DNA of 64,000 nt, from contig CM074819.1 in assembly GCA_037447605.1 (NCBI GenBank), forward strand, positions 806,001 to 870,000, given 5' to 3'. This document shows positions 26,393 to 50,620 of this stretch, in pieces. The notes beneath the pieces were generated by a model that made no database searches, was not told the origin of the DNA, and saw nothing but the letters and a program-made list of their open reading frames with translations. The translations under genes and the position numbers were made by a program. Source of the stretch: Zygnema circumcarinatum SAG 698-1b (lineage: Eukaryota; Plantae; Zygnematophyceae). The number at the start of each line of letters is the position of its first letter. Within the stretch, counting starts at the first letter, position 1.

Positions 26393-28013
26393 ATGGCGCC
26401 ATCGCTCCTTGTGCTTGTTCTCGCAGCCCTTCTTCCATGTGTCCGCAGTGCCGCACTGTACGGCCGAGTGTGGTACAACGCGACCAGCACGTGGTATCCG
26501 GGCGGGCCGGGCCAGGGTAACCCCGATGGTAAGAGGTCGCCTCTCTCCCTCCTTTCTCTCTCCCACTCTCTCTCTCCACCTCTCTCGCTCTCTACTCTCT
26601 CCCTCCCACTCTCTCGTCCCTCCCGTCCTCTGACACGTGGCACCTCCCACTGCTGCAGGCGGAAACTGCGGGTACGGCGCGCTGGACGACACGGCGTACG
26701 GACGAATGGCCTCCGCCGGCAGCCAGGCGCTGTATGTGAAGGGAGGCGGCTGCGGGACGTGCTATCAGGTGCAGCCACGTGGCGATCCCTGACTCGCTTG
26801 CACAGCCATGCAAGGCGGCTTTTTGCAAGTGCCCACATTTCGCCTGTTCTAATGCGTGGCCGGCGGCCCCTCCCATTGGCTGCAGGTCAAGTGCACGAGC
26901 AACCCTGCATGCAGCGCGAGGCCGATCACTGTCACGATCACGGACGTGTGTCCGAGCAACGAAAGGGCGAGCCCCAATTGGTGTGGCGACGGGAAGGTTC
27001 ACTTTGACCTCACAAGGGAAGCGTTTGCCGCCATGGCTATCCCCTCGGCGAGGGAGAGCTTCCCGAGCAAAGGCTACATGAGTGGGGTACTTTACCGAAG
27101 GTGAATTTCTCCCTCTCTTCTTTTTGTTTAAGTCATTGCATTGGCGGCAGAAATGATAAGAGGACTTCTCAAGGGCACCTCTCTCTCTCTCTCCTCCCTT
27201 TACTTCTCTCCTTCACTCACTCTCCCTCCCCCTCCTCTCTCTCTCCTCCGTGCAGGGTTCCATGTACGTACGAGGAGCCCATCTCCTTCTTCTTCAATCG
27301 AGGAAGCTCCGTGTGGTGGCTCAACCTCGTCCTCCGCGATGTGGGTGGTCCCGGAAACGTGACAAATGTCTACATTCGTCCGGTGAGTCCTTGTCCTAAA
27401 ACTTGTCGAGGAGAAGACATTTGATCGATCGTTTGGTTGGCCAACACGCTGGATGGTGCTTGTGACTAACCAATCTTGGTTGCTCGTTCTTTATTTGGCG
27501 CAGACAAACTATAACGACTTCCTTCCAATGAATTTCAAATGGGGCGCGAGTTATGACCTGCAGTCGACGGGAACGCCGTTTAATCCTCCATACGAAGTCA
27601 AGCTGGTCAACAACGTGACAAGTGAGGCAAATAGTTCTTTAACAGTCGAGAAAGAGAGAGAGAGAGAGAGAGAGTGGGAGCGGGCATGATGGTGAGAGTC
27701 GGAGTGTCCCATCTGACATGTTGATGACCTTCGCACTCTCCGTTTGCTTCTCAATCTCTGGAATGCCTATGCAGCTTCCGTACCGTTTTTTCCTGATTGG
27801 TGAGACTGCAAACGCCTGCACAAGATAGACTTGACATTATTTCACAATGGATGCTTTCTGAATGGCTTTGCAGGGGAATCCGTGACCTGTCCGAATCTGA
27901 TCAACGGTCCATTCCCTTATTACACAGCGTCCAGCTGCGGGGCTCAATGGCCCACGCGAAGCAGCCGCGCCTCTTCTCCTCCTCCTCCTCTTCAGTCAAG
28001 GCGGGCGGCTTAA
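26393..28013 (+). CDS. Expansin (signal peptide, DPBB domain with HFD motif, CBM63/pollen-allergen domain), 6 exons
   Basis: Exons 26393-26528, 26659-26768, 26886-27100, 27256-27382, 27504-27621, 27874-28013. Motifs [61 protein letters not shown]. Confidence 0.92.
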
Positions 28014-29082
28014 GGCGCTGCATATGAGGAATCATTTTCCACTTGTTCCTCAACAATTTTAGGTTAGATTTCCCGTCGCCATCTTATATGGCGCATGAAG
28101 TTGAAGTAGGCTTGTGGGCGTGAAGGCATCGCTGAGGTGCATGTTGTGTGCACCGAAAGGAGGCTACACCTCAAAGCTGTGCAGTAGAGCTGATTTTCAT
28201 CTCACTCAGACTGTGTCTGGAGATGTTGCGGTCGTTGTGCCATAGTTAGTGAGTGCCCTATTCTCCTACGAGAGGTTTAAAGGAAGGTTTCTGCACACGT
28301 TAGAAATAGTACTCCCTCACAGTGAAGGAAGGACTTGCACTTCAACGCAGTCATGTGACAGGATAGCTACAAATGCAGCTTTGAAAAAGCTTTAGTTTTT
28401 TTGTGCCCTTTAAGACAGATTTCGAAATAATTTCATGTATTCAACAATTTCACAATGTGGCATGACGACCAGTGCCTGCAGGCTTGGTTTAACGGTGCAC
28501 ACAGCTTTGCATGCCACTTTTTAATCGTTGATTGAAGACTCCATGTCTCTCTTCCTAAAACCACAACATCAAAGTCCCTAGTTCCGTTTCTGTTCGGTTT
28601 GAGTGTACCATCTCCAGACGCAGTAGACGCCGTTACTGGTTCTCGAAAGCCTTGCACAACTGCACGTCTTCGCTCAACACCGCCTCGCAATTACTTTCCT
28701 TTTCTTGTTAAAAGAAATTGACAGGACCGAGCGAGGAAGAGCAGCCGACCATGCCTTCGTCTTTTAGGCTCCTCGTGCAACGGTAGTTGCCGATAATGGC
28801 AGGCAATACGCAATACAATGCAATGGTTCCAGTGTCCTCTGAGGGACAGTCACGGCCGCGCTTGCTCTCGAAAACACAAACAGAAGCGCATAGATAACAA
28901 AAGTTGCGGACAATCACGTCCAGGAAAATCGAACATTGGCAGGTCAAATGAATATGTACGGCTACTCTTTAGACGACGTATGCAACAGATCGTCTCTTTA
29001 ACACAAAAATGAAGCTACATCTGGGAAAGGTTTGTTTCTAGAAATATGCCTATAACTCTATGCCACACCTCCGGTCCAGAGG
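27914..29082 (+). repeat. Right arm of the inverted duplication (begins inside the last expansin exon)
   Basis: See left arm; the shared inner boundary lies at CCCTTATTA. Confidence 0.9.
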
Positions 29083-29389
29083 GAGAGTGAGAGGAGTAAG
29101 TGAGAGAGGAAGGGAAGGTGAAAAAGAGCGAGAGTATGGCAGAATTCAAACATTGATACGTTTGTCGATGTCCGAACGGGAAAAACAAAGAGAACCCTGA
29201 CCCTTGACACCTCCCTTATTTCCACTGTGTCACTGGTCATCCTTACTACTATTGAAACTTTTTAATAATCAGGGTAGCGAGAGTAAAGGGAAGTATAGTG
29301 GGAGGTTAGAGAGAGCGGGAGTAGGAACTGGACTGGGAGTAGGAACTGGAGTGGCAGATTGGGGGGGGGGGGGGGGGGGNNNNNNNNNN

Positions 29390-29420
<31 letters not shown>

Positions 29421-29550
29421 GATGTTGCGCGGAGTTGTGGGAGATAAAACAGTAGTAGCGGGAGAGCCAAGAGTTGCGGAAGGAGTAGAGAGAGTAGAAG
29501 GAGTAGTGGGAGAGTTAAAGAATGGCGGGAGGAGTAGCAGCGGTGTCCTC

Positions 29551-43998
<14,448 letters not shown>

Positions 43999-45697
43999 GT
44001 TCAACCCTAAAATGTTTCAATCAAGCAATGCTTGATATATTGAAATGTTTGAGATATTTGAATCCTGAGATATGTGAACCTTAAGATAGCGGAACCCTAA
44101 AAAATATGTATATTCCTGATGATATCCTGACTCTGCTGCCTTTGAGTTTCACAATGTTGCAAGAGAGCTCCCACACATCTCCCCTGTAACCCTGACCATC
44201 TTCCTCTCCGTCTCCCTCCCTCCCTGTCTCTCTCCTCACCTCACCTCTCCCTCTTCCTCACCTCCGTCCCTCTCCCCTTCCCTCTCCCTCTTCCATCTCC
44301 CTCTCCTGTTATCCCGATTGCCTTCCAAAACCGCTTGGACGTCCCCCGGGACGCTCAAGTACCCTTCCCACGGACTCCACGCGTGCGTCACAGACACTTC
44401 TGCAACTGCAGTAGAGGCGGAAAATACCTGTAAGCGACGCCAAAAATGTCGGCCAACGGCCCAAATGACATTGCCGGCCGGCAAGGGAACCTCCCCCTTC
44501 ACCTCGGGACAAATACATATCCCGCGGGCGGACTCTATAGCTATCATAGGGACACTCGGGGGACGACAGAGTCTGAGTCTACCTCCCTGCCGGCAGAAAA
44601 TGCTGACTGCCGCGCAGCCGGCCGGCAAACAAGCTGCCGGTTGGAGGGCAGGGCTAACGGTACTATTGTGGGAACCGTTCGAGGGTGTGCACATATCGCT
44701 CGTACCGAGTCCAAAAGACATATCGAGATATATCTCATAATACCGCGATATCGAGAGGCAAGAGAGAAAGATGTCGCGATACGAACGAGTCGTATCGCAT
44801 ATTGAATTTTCGATACCGTATCGTAATATCGATAGCAAGTGAGGGGATATATCGCGATGTTTATTCGTCGTATCGAGTAAGAAATATCCGATTCAGTATC
44901 GCAATATTGGAATTTTCAATATTCTGAATGGGCTTCCTTGTCGGTTAGCGGTATCGAATGGTCAGTATAATATCGCAATAACATTGTATCGCAATATACT
45001 CAAAATACGATACGCTATATCGTCTTACATCGGACAGTTCATGTTCGTAGTTTCTTTCGCGGTCCATGAGGCTGCCTTCCACTGTGAGTGGTGGCCTTCC
45101 TCGCAGGTTCTGAAGGAGGTGAGTCCCCACTGCCCCTCCCTCTTCCTCCCTCCCTCTCCGTTTCTCTCTCCCTCTCCTTCTCTACACCTCTCTCTCTCAC
45201 ACACGATATACGCATATAGAGACTGTTCTTCTCGCCCTCTCCAAGGGATGGAGCTAAGAAGAGGTTCGTCGTTAAGGAATGTGTGATAAATCTCCGTCTC
45301 TAGGACTGCAACAACCTCTGCAACTATCCCATCAACTTCGTTGTTTGTGTTTTCTGCTTCTTTAACCCAGAATAGCTTCACTCCTTAAGATGCGTACGCA
45401 ATACTACCGTCCTCTGCCTCGATCCCTTCCACCTTTTTAGGGCAATCTGTAAAATATTCTGAGACGGCAAGGCCTATAATTCTGTGGGTTTTAGGGTTTG
45501 AAAAGATCGAGGCCAATCTCAAGAAATGTTTCTGGTAGGAAAGAAGAACACCACACTCCAACCTGCGCTTTTAAAAAAAGAAGGAAAAAACAAGATCGCT
45601 CAAATTAAGCATTTCCAATATGCACAGGAACCCAGGTCCCTTCTTCCACGACCCTCGTGTTCATATTATTAAAAACTGGATGTAAGCGAGTTAACAA

Positions 45698-47270
45698 ATG
45701 CCCCAAACTGGTAGTGCGAACGCTCTCGACGAGATTATTCCGGAACCTGTAACGAACGACGTCACGTATGTAACCGCCGAAGGTGATGTCATCGATGTTC
45801 AAGATGATGCTGATAAGGCCATGGATGATGTCGACAATGACGAGGCACCAGATGGCATGCTGCCAATGGTCGTCATGCGAGTAATGGGCCAATCGGAGCA
45901 ACCCCGCGAATGGAGCACCAAACTTTGCGACTGTCTCGATGATCTCCCGAGCTGTAGGTGAAATTCAGGGCATTAGGGTTTTAATTATAATTATATTTAC
46001 CGAACAGTTTTATTATTGGAGGATGAAATTGTCTGGGATTTGAGGGTTCCGGGTATGTTCTTCGAGCGTAACAAGTAGGTTCGTTTATTTCGAGTTCTTG
46101 AAATCTCTTTTGGCGACTTCACGTTTTGCATCTCTTAAAATATTGGGGTTCTGAGTTTACTCGAGGTTTTACGGGTGTTGTGGTTTTAGTCCCGCCGACC
46201 CCACCACAAAAAATCCATCAAATATTAATTCGCAAAGCCCCCTAATGCTGACTCGTGTCCCTCCCTCCCTTCCCTCCCTCCCTCCCCCCCTCCCCCTCCT
46301 CTCTCCCTCCCTCCCTCCAGGCTGCGTGGGCCTGTGCTGCCCCTGCCTCCTGCTGGGCCACAACGTGCAGACCCTGGAGGGGGGGTCCTGCTGGGGGCCG
46401 TGCTGCCTCCACTGCGCGTGCCTCTCCCTCTGCGCTGTGCTGCAATCCACGTGGTGCAGCGCCACGCCCTGCGGGTACGTGTTCCTACTCGTTCTCTGCT
46501 ACAGCGGAACGGTACGGAGGGCGCTGCAGGCGAAGCTCAACATCAAGGTCAGGAGGGAGGGGAGGGGAGGGAGGGAGGGGAGGGGAGGGGAAGGGCACAT
46601 AGGAACTCTCATACGGAAAAGGGGGGGGTGGGAGAGGGCGGGGAGGAAGGGGAGGGGGGGGGGAGGCCTTTGAGTCTTAGAGGGGTTTTGGGGTTCTTGG
46701 AGATTTGGGAGTGTGGGTGGCTTGCGTTGGAAGGAGCTGGCGACGTTTTTTTTGGTTTATGGATTGTGGGTTAGAGAAAGGGGATAGTTAGAGCAGGGAG
46801 AGAGGGAGATAGAGAGAGAGAGCGAGGCAGAGTGGGGCGATGAGATATAGGCTATGATCGTACTAGTGCACTTTTCTCTGGCCCTCTCTCTTTCTCCCTT
46901 GCTCCCTCTCTCCCTCCTTTCTCTCTCCCTCTCTCCATCTCCCTCCCTGTCCCTTTGCCCCCGTGGCGAGCTTTCGGAGTCCATCCAAAATTACGGAAAA
47001 TTTCGTTCCGTTTCCGTTACAGGGACCTGACCTTCCGTTGACCGTTCTATGCAGAGGACGTATTTCTGTGGAGTGTGGTCCTGTGACGGAGCCCTCCAGC
47101 ACCTCCTCTGCCACCAACTGGCTCTATGTCAGGAATACCGTGAAATGCAGAACCGTTCGGCGCCCGTAGAACTGATGTTCATGGAACCGCCTCCTCGTCA
47201 GTACATGGAGCCACACATCTCCTTCAAAAGACAGGCTTTCAGTAAAAAAAGAGGGGGGGACAATACCTAA
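45698..47270 (+). CDS. PLAC8 family Cys-rich protein (PCR/CNR-like) with acidic N-terminus, 3 exons
   Basis: Exons 45698-45953, 46321-46547, 47055-47270. Motifs EWSTKLCDCLDD, CCVGLCCPCLLLG.N, YSGTVRRALQAKLNI, HLLCHQLALCQEYREM, MEPPPRQYM. The 3' end is less certain. Confidence 0.88.
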
Positions 47271-48407
47271 GCAAGAAGGAGGCGAAGTTGAAAAAGTTAT
47301 CATTCCAACCTTACTTTATTCCTACCTCTCCAGGAGGAGAAGGTCAATACGGCCACTTCGAAACCATGTACGATAGAAAATTAGGCCAGAGTCGCTACTT
47401 CCTCTCCCGCTCCCACCTTCTCTTTCTCCTCTCCCTCCCGGCTTCCCTCTTTCTCCTTCCTCTCCTTCCCTCCTCTCTTTCCATCCCTCTCCCTCCCTCT
47501 CCCTCCCTCATTCTCTCCTCCCTCGCTCTCCCTCCCTCTCCCACCCTCCCCTCCCCCCCTTATCCCTCTCTCTCCATCCCCCTCCCCCCTCCCTCCCTCT
47601 CTCCCTTCCCTTCCTACCTCCCTACCCCCCTTTCCCTCCCACCCTCTCCCCTTCCCCCTTCCCTCCCTCGCTCCCTCTCCCTCCTCCCCTTCCCCTCCCT
47701 CCCTCCCTTCCTCCCTCCCAGACTTGGATTATAAATCCCCGAATTTCCCTTGTAATCTAACGTTCTGAAGTTTGTACAGGCCCCACTAACCCTCCCGCGG
47801 ATAAGCCCTCCCCCCTGAACCCCCATTTCCGAAACCCTTGTAAAAGTTTGCGCTTAACTTTTGAACTCCCTCCCATTGGGCTCCTGTGAAGGCTCGGTCA
47901 CGGTCCAGCTGTACTGTCCATAGCAACCACCTCCCTTTTTTTTTTTTGATTTTTTTTTTTGGTGCCAATTACCAAATGTTGGAGCGGAGCGGCAAGGAAT
48001 GTCAACTGTCTACAATGGTTCCAACGGTTGGCTTCATTTGAAGATGGTTTGGACGAATGCTGTTCTGCCATCTTGTTCTGTGGTGGCTGCACTAATGCGG
48101 TCTTCTAATTCAACGAAAGAATTTAAAAATTAAATAACTAAATCGAAGTGTATGTGACCTCAATTCAGGAAACAATAGGTACAATTCATATCAAATAAAT
48201 AAACTCAGTCGCCACTCGCCAACCATTGGCTGGAGCGAAACAGCCCGTGCCAAAGCCAGAGCAATGACGTGACGTGACGCGACGTGACGTCAAATAGCGA
48301 CTTTTAGACTCGTGAGTTCAATGAAATTTCTTTTAGAATTAGACCGAGGGTCGACCGTACATGACCGTATGAACATGACGTCTGTACGAGCACCGTGGTT
48401 TACACTA

Positions 48408-48847
48408 CAGTAACCCCCCTTAATATTTTCGCAAAGGTTTCGGCAAATATTATTCCTATTTATTATTATTATTGGGCGAAAATCTTGAAATTTGGAAATA
48501 TAAGGTCCGTGTTAACAATAGTCGAAAGGTATTATGTTAGTGTTCATGTATGTCCGTACGTATCGTACCGTGCTTTTAGATACTGTACACGAGCTCCTAT
48601 TGGTGCCGTACGTATACCGTACGATTTATAGATTCTATTCGTACTTACCGTACAGCGTAATAGCGTGACACATGTTCGAAAGCCGTTTCGATTAACAGAT
48701 TTTGTACTGGAAAATAGGTCAGGTTAGGTTAACACCCCTAATACGTTAACACAGAGTTACCGTACAAAAAGGTGGTTTCGGCAAAATCGGGGCGACTTTC
48801 TTGGGGGACGCACTGTACAGGGTGGAAAATATTAATGAGGTCTACTG
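48408..48847. mobile_element. Second, more degraded copy of the TA-flanked MITE family (relative of 13628-14156)
   Basis: TA|CAGTAACCCCCCTTAATATTTTC at left and GAAAATATTAATGAGGTCTACTG|TA at right. Shared internal blocks GGTATTATGTTAG..TTCATG..CCGTACGTATCGTACC and GTTACCGTACAAAAA.GTGGTTTCGGCAAAAT.GGGGCGA. Confidence 0.8.
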
Positions 48848-49488
48848 TAGATCTGACGATGACGCCGTACCAATGCCTGTCGCTTCAGTACAGTCCTGAA
48901 GTGAGTGTCGCGGCCCCGCGGGCCGCGCATGTACGAGGCTATATAGAGGTACCGTACGGAACGAGTGGCAGCCTGGCAGGCAGTGACAGGCGGGCGGCGC
49001 GCGGGAACGGGTTTGACTTCTCGTGTGGTTCCGGGAAGCGGGGGGGAGGGACAGTGGGAAGAGGCGCTGCGAGAGAGAGAGGGGGAGAGGGAGAGGGAGA
49101 GAGGGAGAGGGAGAGGGAGAGGGCGAGGGAGAGGGAGAGGGAGAGGGATAGGNNNNNNNNNNTTTTTTTTTTTTTTTTTTTTTTTTTTGCACCTTTCCTA
49201 CATCTTGACGGCAAGTGGTCGGTTGGGATGAAGAGAATGAATCATATGCTCAAATTTCCGTCGACATGTGCGTGTCTTTTCTTGATGTTGATTGATGTGA
49301 AAGACAATGGACCATTTGGCATTACCTTTACTTTGTCCGTTTTACGATTATTCAATGCAAGGCTTTTTTGTTGCGAGTGACTTTCAGTAGTGGTTTCAAG
49401 CACCTCGTCTGTCGTTGTGCCACGTGGCATTCTTGACCCTGGTAACACTGGTGAGCTTTGGGTCTATGTTTCAGCGCGTGAGCTTCTG

Positions 49489-49944
49489 TTCATGTTCATG
49501 TTCATGTTCATGTTCATGTTCATGTTCATGTTCATGTTCATGTTCATGTTCATGTTCATGTTCATGTTCATGTTCATGTTCATGTTCATGTTCATGTTCA
49601 TGTTCATGTTCATGTTCATGTTCATGTTCTGCCCTGGCGTTCATGTTCATGTTCATGTTCATGTTCATGTTCATGTTCATGTTCATGTTCATGTTCATGT
49701 TCATGTTCATGTTCATGTTCATGTTCATGCTCATGTTCATGTTCATGTTCATGTTCATGTTCAGTTCATGTTCATGTTCATGTTCATGTTCATGTTCATG
49801 TTCATGTTCATGTTCATGTTCATGTTCATGTTCATGTTCATGTTCATGCTCATGTTCATGTTCATGTTCATGTTCATGTTCATGTTCATGCTCATGCTCA
49901 TGCTCATGCTCATGTTCATGTTCATGTTCATGTTCATGTTCATG
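49489..49944. repeat. (TTCATG)n microsatellite in the SKP1 copy-1 intron
   Basis: Direct reading; roughly 70 units with a few CTCATG variants and two interruptions. Confidence 0.95.
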
Positions 49945-49991
49945 TCATTGATCTGACGCCGCCAATGGGTCGTTGTTGTGCGTGTTTGCAG

Positions 49992-50620
49992 GCCGCCAAC
50001 TATTTGGACATCCCAGAGCTGTTGGACCTCACCTGTCAGACGGTGGCGGACATGGCCAAGTGTAGCGAAACGCTATACATGTGTTGTATGGCCTAGTATT
50101 TACATCCGCGGTTGCCTTTTAATGGTAAAGCACTGGTGTGGGTACCGGGAGGTCTTGTGTTCGAACCCTGCCAGGGGCGGGTTTGTTACATTGGTATCAT
50201 AGCCAGTGCCCGGTATTTGTAATCCACCCTAAAAACACCGTGATCTTTGAGCATGGTACGGGTTGCTCAGTGGCCTGAGGGGCTGAGACCGTCGCGGCGC
50301 ATGTGTTGAAGGAGCTTGAACGCTGCTCGTGAAAACCCTTGAGTGCGCTCGAGGACAAGCCCGGTTTAGGTGGGGAGGAATGTAGCGAAACGCTATACAT
50401 GTGTTGTATGGCCTAGTATTTACATCCGCGGTTGCCTTTTAATGGTAAAGCACTGGTGTGGGTACCGGGAGGTCTTGTGTTCGAACCCTGCCAGGGGCGG
50501 GTTTGTTACACCAAGGGTAAGACTGCTGCGGAAATTCGACAAACGTTCAACATCAAGAATGATTTCATTCCAGAGGAGGAGGAACAGGTCAAGCGTGACA
50601 ATCCGTGGGCATTTGAGTAA
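49992..50620 (+). pseudogene. SKP1: SKP1/ASK copy 1, exon 2, interrupted by a TRIM insertion; exon 1 not visible (probably lost in the N-gap 49153-49162)
   Basis: Removing the insertion and one TSD gives [57 protein letters not shown]. The upstream intron (49200-49990) is homologous to the intron of copy 2. Confidence 0.85.
50061..50510 (+). mobile_element. TRIM (non-autonomous miniature LTR retrotransposon), 450 bp
   Basis: Identical 130-bp LTRs 50061-50190 and 50381-50510 (TGTAGC...GTTACA); TSD CCAAG at 50056-50060 and 50511-50515; PBS TGGTATCATAGCC at 50192-50204 (one mismatch to the iMet-type TGGTATCAGAGCC); PPT-like AGGTGGGGAGGAA abutting the 3' LTR; 190-bp non-coding interior. Confidence 0.96.

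Noticed and set aside
24443-29082. Pack-MULE/foldback transposon carrying the expansin
   Set aside because: No TSD at the outer ends, no recognisable terminal motif, and the right arm overlaps expansin coding sequence.
49390-49956. ORFs with MFMF, CSCS, HVHV and HEHE runs
   Set aside because: Translations of the intronic (TTCATG)n microsatellite.
50106-50180. A functional tRNA gene in the LTR
   Set aside because: T-stem and inner acceptor stem do not pair and the anticodon loop is 6 nt; recorded only as tRNA-like. Donor identity (Pro or His-like loop) cannot be assigned.
50245-50300. Second A-box-like stretch (GGTTGCTCAGTGG) in the TRIM interior
   Set aside because: No B-box at suitable spacing and no cloverleaf; too short to support.
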